The notes: generated from the letters alone by a model not told the origin. A stretch of DNA of 64,000 nt from an uncultured Acidobacteriota bacterium (GCA_963773035.1 CAVYZX010000026.1:70151-134150), one strand, 5' to 3'. Shown: positions 54,974 through 63,588, numbered from the stretch's first letter. Numbers and translations are program-made.

Positions 54974-55690
54974 ATGATCAGGTCGATCTTCGTTCTGGCG
55001 ATTGTTTCGTCATTGACCGTTGCTTGCTCGAGCCCGGCTCCCCAACAGACGGCTGGAGCGGGCGGTGATGCTTCAGCGCCTCCGGCAGCGGCAGCTCCGG
55101 CGGCGGCGCCCCAGGCATCCACTTCGGCTCCAGCAGCCGCGCCAGCGCCACCGCCCGAACCGCCGAAGCCGAAGTTTCGTGAAGTGACCATTCCCACCGG
55201 CACCACACTGAGCGTGACGTTGGCCACGCCGCTCGCCTCCGATTCGAGCAAGCCCGAGGATCGGGTCAAGGGAGCCCTCGCCCAGTCGGTCGTCGTCTCT
55301 GGCGCAACTGCGTTGCCCAAGGGAGCAGACCTGAGCGGATCGGTGATCGAGGTGAAGGAGTCGGGACGCGTGAAGGGCAAGGCCGTGATCGTGTTTCAGT
55401 TCGACCAACTCACTGTGAACGGCGAGAGTCATCGGATCTCCGCCGCGCGGATCACGAGCGAGGCCGCGGCAAATCGGAAACAGGATGCCAAGAAGGGAGC
55501 CGTCGGCGGCGGCCTTGGCGCGGTCGTTGGCGGCATCGCCGGCGGCGGGAAGGGCGCAGCGATTGGTGCGGTGGCCGGCAGCGCGGGCACCATCGCGGCC
55601 ACCAAGGGTGATGAGGTGAAACTCGATGCCGGAACGGCCGTGAGCACCGTACTCCAGGAGCCTCTGACGGTAACGGTGCCCGTCGACTGA
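54974..55690 (+). CDS. Lipoprotein with a C-terminal glycine-zipper segment
   Basis: MIRSIFVLAIVSSLTVAC lipobox. Ala/Pro-rich linker. GAVGGGLGAVVGGIAGGGKGAAIGAVAGSAG Gly-zipper. Confidence 0.7.
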   Translation: MIRSIFVLAIVSSLTVACSSPAPQQTAGAGGDASAPPAAAAPAAAPQASTSAPAAAPAPPPEPPKPKFREVTIPTGTTLSVTLATPLASDSSKPEDRVKGALAQSVVVSGATALPKGADLSGSVIEVKESGRVKGKAVIVFQFDQLTVNGESHRISAARITSEAAANRKQDAKKGAVGGGLGAVVGGIAGGGKGAAIGAVAGSAGTIAATKGDEVKLDAGTAVSTVLQEPLTVTVPVD

Positions 55691-55789
55691 TCAGAGCAGC
55701 TCTCAGCGGTCAGCTCTCAGCCGTCGGCTATCAGATCGTTCCAGACCGAGCATCTGAAGGCCGACGGCTGAAAGCCGATAGCTGTCGTG

Positions 55790-56827
55790 TCAGAAGATCG
55801 CCAAAGGATTTACCGGCGATCCTGTCCCTCCCTCGACCGGAAGCGGCGCGAACGTCACGAGGAATTCGTACTGACGTGCGCGCCGCGCTTCTTCGACCGC
55901 GCGCTCCAGGTTGAGGTTCTCGACGATGTTGATGCCCATCCAGTTGAGGACTGCGATGTGGATCGGGTTGCGCACGCCTTCCCAGCCCGGTCGCGGATTC
56001 CAGTCGATATTGAAGTCGTGGCCGACAAACGCGGGCAGCCGCTCGTGCAGCCACGGAATCGTGTCGGCGTAGTAGCCCGAGACCTGGCCCGCCCACGGAC
56101 CCACCTTTTCGCGCCGCTTCCACCGGCCGATATAAAGCAGGACCACATCTCCGGGACTGGCTTTCACGCCGGCGCGTTTCTCCCAGGCCTCGAGATCGGC
56201 CCGTGTGATCGGCGTGCCTGGCTCGACCCATTCGACTCCCTTCAATTGTGCGATGTCGTACAGGACGGCGCGTGTGAAGATCCCGTCCTTCCAGTTCATC
56301 ACGCCGCCTTTGATGCAGCCTGCTTCCGGCGTGATGTTGTCCTTTGCTGGAATGCCGTTGTACATCTGACCGTTCTCGATGAAGTGACACCAGCTGTCGA
56401 TGTGCGAGACCGTGAGCCCGTGATAGCTCACCGAATACGTGTCCGTCGTCCCTCCTTCGGTGATGGCGTTCGTCGTCCGCCGGAAGAGGCCATTGGCGCC
56501 GACGTCGGCGGCCACTTGCTGCGGCTCGTTCGCGGCCAGGGAAACGACCGTCCCACGCTTCACGAGCTTGATCGCGCTCAAGACTTTCTGCGGCGTGATC
56601 AGATTTGACGTCCCTTTGTTGTCGTCGGCGCCCCAGCGGTTCCAGGTCTTGAATTCCGTACGCCATCGCTCGTAATTGGCGCGCATCGCGGCGGTGTCGG
56701 CGGGAGCCGATGGCGCGGGCTGTTGGGCGGCTCCCGGAGGCGCCTGTGCCCGCAGATGGAAGCCGCCGGCCATTCCGGCGACGACCAGACCGATTGACAG
56801 ACATGCCCTTTTCACGTCACTCCACAT
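55790..56827 (-). CDS. Cyclase-family protein (kynurenine-formamidase-like), exported
   Basis: Signal peptide. ...WNRWGADDNKGTSNLITPQKVLSAIKLVKRGTVVSL... and ...SHIDSWCHF... resemble the putative cyclase (PF04199-like) pattern. Confidence 0.55.
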   Translation of the reverse strand: MWSDVKRACLSIGLVVAGMAGGFHLRAQAPPGAAQQPAPSAPADTAAMRANYERWRTEFKTWNRWGADDNKGTSNLITPQKVLSAIKLVKRGTVVSLAANEPQQVAADVGANGLFRRTTNAITEGGTTDTYSVSYHGLTVSHIDSWCHFIENGQMYNGIPAKDNITPEAGCIKGGVMNWKDGIFTRAVLYDIAQLKGVEWVEPGTPITRADLEAWEKRAGVKASPGDVVLLYIGRWKRREKVGPWAGQVSGYYADTIPWLHERLPAFVGHDFNIDWNPRPGWEGVRNPIHIAVLNWMGINIVENLNLERAVEEARRARQYEFLVTFAPLPVEGGTGSPVNPLAIF

Positions 56828-56884
56828 GCTGACCTCCTGCCTCGATTCGACGCGCTATTGCATTTTTCGGATAGACGTAGATAC

Positions 56885-57130
56885 GGAATCACGAAACCAC
56901 GAACACGAATGTTGTGCCACGGAGTCACTGAGTCACTGAGAACATGACGGCCAACGAGCGTTCGATGCGGTGCCGCGCAGCGGCGGCTCCGGCACGACAG
57001 CCCGCCAGATGAACGATAAGGCGCCAGCAACGAGAAAATCGTTCATCTGGCGGGCTGTCGTGCCAGAGACCCGGCCTGCTCCGCAGGCCGTCCGCGTCGA
57101 ACGCCTCTGTGGCTCAGTGACTCGGTGGCA
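56885..57130. repeat. Nested palindromic intergenic repeat (family R2, copy C, full form with a perfect 26-bp stem)
   Basis: Stem is ggcacgacagcccgccagatgaacga (56991..57016) pairing with tcgttcatctggcgggctgtcgtgcc (57039..57064). Outer imperfect arms are gccacggagtcactgag... and ...ctcagtgactcggtggc. Confidence 0.8.
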
Positions 57131-57260
57131 AAACTGGGGCGAACCATACCGAAGTGAAAACCCAGTATAGCCAGCCGGCCACAGATTCTATTCCTGCAAC
57201 AGCCGCGAGCCCTTCGCGTTATACTCGCGCCGCCGACGGACGACAACAAGGGAGGCATCA

Positions 57261-58358
57261 ATGAACCGCTCACTCATCGTCTCGAGCGCGCTGCTGCTGG
57301 CCGTACTGGTCTGCGCCCAGCTTGGAGGCGGAGCACAGGGACAAGGACCAAGCCCCGAACAGCAGGTCGCGCTCGCCAAGCAGGCGGCGCTCGAACAGGC
57401 GACACCGCAGCTTCAGATCACCGAAGAGGTGCTGAGCTTGTCGGTCCCGGGGCACACCATCGGTGAAGCCGTCGGGGTTGCCAAGAACTCCAAGGGCCAT
57501 TTGTTCGTGTTCACCCGCAGCGGCAGTGCCGGCCCCGCTCGCGGCGCGACTGGTTCGCAGCTCTTCGAATTCGATCAGAACCTGAAATTCGTGAAGCAGT
57601 GGGGCCCGGACAACTACGCGGCATCGTTTGCGCACACCGTTCGTGTGGACAAGTACGACAACGTGTGGATGACGGACGAAGGCTCCAACATGGTCGTCAA
57701 GTTCACTTCTGCGGGCATGGTCTCGATGGTGCTCGGCAGAAAGCCCGAGGCCATCGATTTCTTCGAACGCTTCATCGAACGCGGCGAGAAGGACGAGGTG
57801 CGCGCGCCGGTCGGCGGTGTCGGAACCTTCAATCGGCCGACCGACGTGACCTGGGATTCCCAGGACAACATCTTCGTGGCCGATGGCTACAACAACTCAC
57901 GCGTCGTGAAATTGGGCAAGGACGGCACCTGGGGCAAGGCTCTCGGCACGAGAGGCAATGGCCAGAACCAGTTCAATACCGTGCACGGCATCACGTCCGA
58001 CGCGAAGAACAACATCTACGTGGCCGACCGCGGCAACCGGCGCATCCAGGTCTACGATCCGGAGTTGAACTACGTCAAGTCGTTCAGCAACATCGGCGCG
58101 CCGTGGACCGTGTGCACGTCGCCGGCCCCCAATCAATATCTGTTCAGCGGTGACGGAAACGGAAAGCTCTACAAGCTCGACTTGGACGGAAATTTGCTCG
58201 GATGGGCGCAGACGAGCAAAGGACACGGCCAGGCGGGATGCTTGATCCACGAGATCCACTGCGAGTCGGACAGCATCATCTACAAGGGTGACTGCTCGAC
58301 GTGGACGGTGGAAAAAATCACTATCAAGGGTGGCGGAAAGACGGCGGCTACGCGGTAA
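57261..58358 (+). CDS. NHL-repeat six-bladed beta-propeller protein, exported
   Basis: Signal peptide MNRSLIVSSALLLAVLVCAQ. Repeated ...P.DV..DS.DNI(F/Y)VAD..N.R(V/I)... NHL blades. Confidence 0.8.
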   Translation: MNRSLIVSSALLLAVLVCAQLGGGAQGQGPSPEQQVALAKQAALEQATPQLQITEEVLSLSVPGHTIGEAVGVAKNSKGHLFVFTRSGSAGPARGATGSQLFEFDQNLKFVKQWGPDNYAASFAHTVRVDKYDNVWMTDEGSNMVVKFTSAGMVSMVLGRKPEAIDFFERFIERGEKDEVRAPVGGVGTFNRPTDVTWDSQDNIFVADGYNNSRVVKLGKDGTWGKALGTRGNGQNQFNTVHGITSDAKNNIYVADRGNRRIQVYDPELNYVKSFSNIGAPWTVCTSPAPNQYLFSGDGNGKLYKLDLDGNLLGWAQTSKGHGQAGCLIHEIHCESDSIIYKGDCSTWTVEKITIKGGGKTAATR

Positions 58359-58789
58359 CGACGCTTAACCACTCCACCACGGAGGACGCGGAGGACACGG
58401 AGTGCTTCTATGGGCTCTTTCTGTGCCCGAAGCGCCACACTAGAAAGGCCGTCAGCACGCCCAAGGCGACGAGCAAGTTGGCGTTCGGTCGACGGATTGA
58501 GCGGATCGCGCGCGACCTTCAATTCGAGTCGCGTGCGAGTCCACCCTCTCTTCTCGTATAGCTCGTCATACGTGCGTGTCTGAAGGTCGTGAGCGTCAAC
58601 GGCGGCCGGGTCGTCGCTGAGTCCGATGGCGAGCGGCCCCGGCAGTGTCGGCAATCGGTCGCCAGGATCGACGGCCCAGTTGACGAACTTGATCGCCACG
58701 CTGCGGTCCTCGGCAGGCGGCCACAGCGCCACAATCAGCAAGGTCGTCACGAGCAGAACCCACCATTGCGCGTGGCCGGGCTGCCACAT
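58280..58789 (-). CDS. Hypothetical small membrane protein (weak call)
   Basis: ORF 58280..59005 trimmed to MWQPGHAQWWVLLVTTLLIVALWPP. The 3' end overlaps the NHL gene by 79 nt, so the true extent is uncertain. Confidence 0.3.
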   Translation of the reverse strand: MWQPGHAQWWVLLVTTLLIVALWPPAEDRSVAIKFVNWAVDPGDRLPTLPGPLAIGLSDDPAAVDAHDLQTRTYDELYEKRGWTRTRLELKVARDPLNPSTERQLARRLGRADGLSSVALRAQKEPIEALRVLRVLRGGVVKRRYRVAAVFPPPLIVIFSTVHVEQSPL

Positions 58790-58828
58790 GTGTGCCGAGG
58801 AGAATACACCGGCTGGAGAAAAGTTGAG

Positions 58829-58868
58829 GAAGTAGAAAGTGGAAAGTGGAAAGTAAGTGAAAAGTGAA
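58829..58868 (+). repeat. A/G-rich (AAGTGGA)n leader element (family R4, copy 2)
   Basis: gaagtagaaagtggaaagtggaaagtaagtgaaaagtgaa. Positions 58835..58865 are identical to the minus strand of 21187..21217. Lies just upstream of GGAGGG-N6-GTG (58884). Confidence 0.8.
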
Positions 58869-58883
58869 CGCGGAGGGATCGCC

Positions 58884-60287
58884 GTGACACATTGCTTTTC
58901 GAAAAGAGGCTTGTGGGTGAGCGCCGGGTGGTCCGCGATCGTTGCGGGTCTGATGTCGATTGGGCTTTCGAGTGCCCCGTCGGTGTACCCCACCGGCACG
59001 ACCATCTATCACCCCGATAAGACCTGGAGCGGATACACCGTCTTCATCACGCCGGAGACCGAAGGCGTCATCGTGATCGACATGAACGGCCGCGTCGTGA
59101 AGCAGTGGACCGGCCTGTCCGGTGTGGCCGGCGGACCGGCTCGTATTCTGCCTGGCGGGTCCGTCATTGCCGGGACCGGCAGTGGGGCGCCGAATCAGGA
59201 ATCGCTCGCCCTCGTGCAGCTCGATTGGGATGGCAAGGAGGTTTGGCGCTTCGATCGGACCGAGCAGGTCAAATCACAAGGTGGGCAGATGGTATGGTCG
59301 GCGCGCCAGCACCATGATTGGCAGCGTCCAGGTCTTGCCGCTGGATACTACGCGCCCGGCATGCCCGCCATCTCGAACGATCGTACGTTGGTGCTCACTC
59401 ACAGCAACCTGACCAACCCCAAGGTGAGCGACCGCAGGCTGGAGGACGATCGACTGATCGAGGTGTCGCAGGACGGCAAGGTGCTGTGGGATTGGCGGGC
59501 CAGCGATCATGCCGACGAATTTGGATTCTCCGACGACGCCCGCGCGGCGATTCGCCAAGCCATCGGCTTCAGCAGCGCCCGCGACAGCTACGACTGGCTG
59601 CACGTCAACGCCGCGTCTTACGTCGGCCCGAATCATTGGTCCGACGACGGCGACACGCGCTTCGCACCCGACAATGTCGTCATCAGCAGCCGCGAGTCGA
59701 ACATCATCGCGATCGTGGGCCGCTCCGGAAAGATTGTCTGGCGCATGGGCCCGGACTACCGCGAGTCCGATGCGCTTCGCCAGCTGGGCCAGATCATCGG
59801 TCAACACAATCCTCACATCATTCCGAAAGGATTAGCCGGAGCGGGCAATCTGCTGGTGTTCGACAACGGCGGCGCAGCGGGGTACGGAGCTGCCAATCCG
59901 GCCGCACCTGACGGACGGAATGCCGTACGGCGCGGTAATTCGAGGGTTGTCGAAGTGAACCCGGTGACGTTCGCAAAGGTCTGGGAGTATTCGGTCGCCG
60001 GCGCGGAGAGCTATCGCTTTTTCAGCCATTACGTAAGCGGGGCGCAAAGGCTGCCCAACGGCAACACGATGATCACTGAAGGCGCCGACGGACGGGTATT
60101 TGAAGTCACGACGACCGGCGAGATTGTCTGGGAGTACGTCAGTCCGTATTTCACGCAGAACGGAGGAACCAATCGTGTCTACCGTGCCTACCGCGTGCCG
60201 TACGACTGGATCCCGCAGCTCGCGAAGCCAGCAGAACGATCCGTCGTGCCGCCTAACGTCAGGGATTTCCGGATCGCGGCGCAATAG
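58884..60287 (+). CDS. Aryl-sulfate sulfotransferase (ASST)-like beta-propeller protein, membrane-anchored or exported
   Basis: GTG at 58884 with a GGAGGG SD. The track start 58857 lies inside the repeat. ...TIYHPDKTWSGYTVFITPETEGVIVIDMNGRVVKQW... and ...LPNGNTMITEG...YRAYRVPYDWIP match my memory of the ASST family. Confidence 0.55.
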   Translation: MTHCFSKRGLWVSAGWSAIVAGLMSIGLSSAPSVYPTGTTIYHPDKTWSGYTVFITPETEGVIVIDMNGRVVKQWTGLSGVAGGPARILPGGSVIAGTGSGAPNQESLALVQLDWDGKEVWRFDRTEQVKSQGGQMVWSARQHHDWQRPGLAAGYYAPGMPAISNDRTLVLTHSNLTNPKVSDRRLEDDRLIEVSQDGKVLWDWRASDHADEFGFSDDARAAIRQAIGFSSARDSYDWLHVNAASYVGPNHWSDDGDTRFAPDNVVISSRESNIIAIVGRSGKIVWRMGPDYRESDALRQLGQIIGQHNPHIIPKGLAGAGNLLVFDNGGAAGYGAANPAAPDGRNAVRRGNSRVVEVNPVTFAKVWEYSVAGAESYRFFSHYVSGAQRLPNGNTMITEGADGRVFEVTTTGEIVWEYVSPYFTQNGGTNRVYRAYRVPYDWIPQLAKPAERSVVPPNVRDFRIAAQ

Positions 60288-60312
60288 AGTGAACCAGTGC
60301 TTTCGGGCTGTC

Positions 60313-60590
60313 AGAAGGCGAAGGCGCGAAGGCCACGAAACGTCGCTAAGACGAGCAGTCGCTCGAAGCCAATTTTCAGCCACTGAGTCACAGGGTCACC
60401 GAGGTAACGTGGGTCTGAGAGCGCTCGACGCGGCGCCGCGCAGCGGCGGTTCAGGCACGAAACCCGCCAGATGAACGACTTTCTTGCTGCTGGTTTGTCG
60501 TTCATCTGGCCGGTTTCGTGCTTGACACCCGGCCTGCTCCGCAGGCCGTCCGCGTCGAGCGCCTCTGTGGCCCCGTGGCTCTGTGGCCGG
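60313..60590. repeat. Nested palindromic intergenic repeat (family R2, copy D, full form)
   Basis: Stem is gcacgaaacccgccagatgaacgac (60454..60478) pairing with gtcgttcatctggccggtttcgtgc (60496..60520), with 1 mismatch. The loop is unrelated to that of copy C. The outer arms are shared with copies A-C. Confidence 0.8.
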
Positions 60591-60701
60591 ATTCTTAGTG
60601 CGGGTTCCCGTTTCTCGTCCAATCAGAATGCGGTGATCGCGTGGGCTCAGAAGGATGCGTGACCGATGAGCGACCGCGTCGCTCGTCAGGCGGGTGAAGC
60701 A

Positions 60702-62045
60702 ATGAAGAAGAGACGACTGCTCCTTGCGCTCGTGATCGTCGCGGGCGTCGCGATCGCCGCGCTCTCGGCTCAACCCCCACAAGGCTCGCCCGCGCCATTG
60801 GCTCTGGTCGGCGGCACGCTGATCGACGGAGGGCCGGGTCAGCCGGTCCGCAACAGCGTGGTGCTGATTCGAGGCGATCGTATCGAGAAGGTGGGAACCG
60901 TCGAATCGCTGCCGGTTCCAGCAGGCTACGAGCTAATTCCCACCGAGGGGATGACAGTACTGCCGGGCCTCTGGGACCTGCACGTCCACCTTATATATAG
61001 CGGCCACCCGAACGCCCGCTATTGGTTCAAGTACGCCGCCGAGTTCGAGAAGGTCACGATACCTGCGGCCGCCGAGCAGATGCTGATGGCCGGCGTCACG
61101 AGCCTGCGCGATCTCGCCGCGCCGGCTGCCGCCATCCTCGCCGTCAAAAAACGCATTGCGAACGGTGAGATCCCGGGGCCGACGATGTACGTCGCTGGTC
61201 CGGCGCTGACCGGGAACCGCACCGCGACTCTCACGCCACAGTTCCTGGCCATTCAGGACGCCGCCGACGCACGGGCCAAAGCCAAGAAACTCATCGACGA
61301 TGGCGTGGACGTTGTCAAGATCTTCAACCCCGAGCTGATGTCGGTCGAGGAGCGTCGCGCGATCGTCGCCGAGGCGCACGGACGCGGATTGAAAGTGGCG
61401 GCCCACGGTACGACCGACCGAGACATCCGCCTCGGACTCGAATTCGGCGTGGACGACTTTCAACACATCGGGGCTGACACCCCCGAATTTCCTGCCGACA
61501 TCGTCGCGGCGATCCGCGAGCGCGTGCGGACCGGCCCGCCGCTCTATTGGACGCCGACGATTGGCGCGAACGGGCTGCTCAACCTGCCATATCTCGCGAC
61601 GCACCCGGAATTCGTCGACGATCCGGCGGGCTTTCGCGGTCTGCCACTTCCGCTGGCCGAGGATGTCCGCAAAGGGTGGGCCGAATTCAAACCGCCCGCG
61701 GTAAATCCCAGCACAGTGCCAAACGTGAAACGTCGGATTGCGCAGCTCCAAGCGCTGGGTGTCATCCTGGCGTTTGGTACCGACGAAGGCAGCATGGGAC
61801 AGATCCCCAGTCAATCGACCTGGATGGATGCAGACCTGTGGGTGCGCGAGATCGGGATGGAGCCGATGACCGTCATCCGCATGATGACGTCGGAGGCCGC
61901 GAAAGTTCAGGGCGTCGATCACACCGGCACGGTGACCGCAGGGAAGTACGCCGACGTGGTCGCGGTCCGCGGCGACCCGTTGCGGCATATCGACGTCCTG
62001 CGTGAGCCGAAGATCGTCATCAAGCACGGTCGCCGCTACCGCTAG
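60702..62045 (+). CDS. Amidohydrolase family protein, exported
   Basis: Trimmed to MKKRRLLLALVIVAGVAIAALSA. LVGGTLIDGG...VLPGLWDLHVHL metal-binding start. VAAHGT... and ...FGTDEG... later motifs. Confidence 0.85.
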   Translation: MKKRRLLLALVIVAGVAIAALSAQPPQGSPAPLALVGGTLIDGGPGQPVRNSVVLIRGDRIEKVGTVESLPVPAGYELIPTEGMTVLPGLWDLHVHLIYSGHPNARYWFKYAAEFEKVTIPAAAEQMLMAGVTSLRDLAAPAAAILAVKKRIANGEIPGPTMYVAGPALTGNRTATLTPQFLAIQDAADARAKAKKLIDDGVDVVKIFNPELMSVEERRAIVAEAHGRGLKVAAHGTTDRDIRLGLEFGVDDFQHIGADTPEFPADIVAAIRERVRTGPPLYWTPTIGANGLLNLPYLATHPEFVDDPAGFRGLPLPLAEDVRKGWAEFKPPAVNPSTVPNVKRRIAQLQALGVILAFGTDEGSMGQIPSQSTWMDADLWVREIGMEPMTVIRMMTSEAAKVQGVDHTGTVTAGKYADVVAVRGDPLRHIDVLREPKIVIKHGRRYR

Positions 62046-62185
62046 CTTCCCGCCATGGCCAGATAGCGGCCCCAGCCCCCTACGGCTCAGCTTCAGCAGT
62101 CCCTTTTTTTATCGGCGCCATACGAATGACACACTTCCGGAGTCTGATAGGAGAAGCCAGCGTCCGAGCCGGAGGTCAAGTGAAC

Positions 62186-62554
62186 ATGGAAGGAACCCGA
62201 GAGACGGGTCCCCGCATCGCCAAGGGACAAGACCCCGAATATCCGTGGGGAATCAAAGAAGTCAATCTCAGCGTTAAGGGAGAACGCTGGCAGGTCCACC
62301 TGTCGGATGTGTGGGCCCTCAATCCGCACTGGTTCGTCCGGTTCATCGCAACCGGTCCGCAGACGTGCACGATCTTCGTGGGTACCGATCGGGCTCCGAA
62401 CACCAATGAGGAGTGCCGCCGGCTTATTGCCTACGTTCTCGACTCGTTGGTCCGCAGCGATCGGCGCTCGTTTGTCTTTCTCGATTTGACTGCGAAGCGT
62501 GAGCCCGCCGGGAGTTCGTTTGAGGCAACGAATCTCGGCGACCTCGCCGGTTAG
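62186..62554 (+). CDS. Orphan hypothetical protein (122 aa from the ATG at 62186; the track ORF starts at 62126)
   Basis: GGAGG upstream of the 62186 ATG. No recognisable motif. Codon third positions look less GC-biased than in the neighbours (by eye). Overlaps the convergent gene's stop by 4 nt. Confidence 0.35.
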   Translation: MEGTRETGPRIAKGQDPEYPWGIKEVNLSVKGERWQVHLSDVWALNPHWFVRFIATGPQTCTIFVGTDRAPNTNEECRRLIAYVLDSLVRSDRRSFVFLDLTAKREPAGSSFEATNLGDLAG

Positions 62555-63588
62555 CGCACTGAGGAGTCGGCGTGCCCTCCGGCCGCAGCCTCCTCATCGC
62601 GCGCGGTGCTCAGGATGTTCTCCATCGAGAGATTTCCTTCGTGGCAGGCGTACTCGAAGATCGGACCGTCGGATCGTTTCATCGGGATCTCTCCAGTCCA
62701 CGGCCTGGTGAACGACTGCGGGTCGTCGACCGTGAATTGGTAGAGCAGCGTGCTCTCATCCGTGCGCGTGAAGCGTTCGACCACGCGCAGGTGTTCGCCG
62801 GATCCTCTGAAGTTGGTCATACCGGTGAAATTCGTCGTTTCGACGACAAGCGTCGTACCTTCCCAACGGCCACGGGAGTCGCCCGTCAGACGCTGCACGT
62901 TCTTGGAGAGATGAGGGCGCCCATCCAAGGGAATGATGCGAACGTCGTGAATCATCTCGATGAGAATCGCGACGAATTCCGGCGCCTGCAGGATCTGATA
63001 GTTGTTGTTGTAGCCGGCCGGCATCATCGGCGGACCCGCGTTCCCCCGCACGATACAGCGGTCCGCCAATGAACGGTCTTCCGGACCGTCGGCGGGACGT
63101 GCTCTCCTCGCGGCTGCGGCGTCGGTGGCTCTCTTCTGAGCTTCAGGTGTCAGCGGAGGAATTCTCCCGTCCGGCGGATCGACGATGAGGGACGTCCGCC
63201 TGGTCGACACGACCGCTGCTCCTCGCTCCCACCAGACGTCGTTGTAGCCGACAGCGAGGTCGGCCTCGGCGTTGCTATCGCGGCGATCGGCATTGTTTCG
63301 CGCCCGCAGCTGTCGGGCATATTCAGCCGCTTCCGCTTCTGTGAAGAATTCTTTCCCGGCGAGCTCGCGAGGGCGCTCGAGTGGCGTCAGCGTAGCGTTG
63401 GTCCAGATGCCCTGCAGGTCGGGCTGCCCGTCGACAGTCCGAGGCAGAGTCCAAGGCTTGGCTTTTTCGGTCGCAGTCTGGCCGGCTATCAACGCAGGAG
63501 CGAGCGTCGCCAACGCAACGGCTACGAACAGTCCGGCCTTGAACGCCACCAATCGGCACCTCGACATGCTTGCCTTGACGTCTCTCAT
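62551..63588 (-). CDS. Exported 'WEGD-motif' family protein, subfamily A
   Basis: Signal peptide ...LVAFKAGLFVAVALATLAPALIAGQ. Motifs VDGQPDLQGIWTN, DRCIVRG, RIIPLDGRPH, GDSRGRWEGTTLVVETTNF, LRVVERFTRTD, EYACHEGN. Alternative start at 63567. Confidence 0.85.
   Translation of the reverse strand: MRDVKASMSRCRLVAFKAGLFVAVALATLAPALIAGQTATEKAKPWTLPRTVDGQPDLQGIWTNATLTPLERPRELAGKEFFTEAEAAEYARQLRARNNADRRDSNAEADLAVGYNDVWWERGAAVVSTRRTSLIVDPPDGRIPPLTPEAQKRATDAAAARRARPADGPEDRSLADRCIVRGNAGPPMMPAGYNNNYQILQAPEFVAILIEMIHDVRIIPLDGRPHLSKNVQRLTGDSRGRWEGTTLVVETTNFTGMTNFRGSGEHLRVVERFTRTDESTLLYQFTVDDPQSFTRPWTGEIPMKRSDGPIFEYACHEGNLSMENILSTARDEEAAAGGHADSSVR

Noticed and set aside
56970-57170. Short ORFs through the R2 palindromes (56970-57170 +, 60311-60622 -, 60396-60782 -) sharing the peptide QMNDK..RKSFIW
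   Set aside because: The shared peptide appears on opposite strands because the DNA is a perfect palindrome. The loops and flanks are not conserved as protein. They are interpreted as repeat DNA or RNA, not coding sequence.
58790-59005. Upstream part of minus-strand ORF 58280..59005 (FTYFPLSTFYFL...), and the matching LLFTYFPLSTFHFL in ORF 20693..21760
   Set aside because: The shared peptide is just the translation of the R4 (AAGTGGA)n repeat on its non-leader strand. It is not evidence of a protein family.
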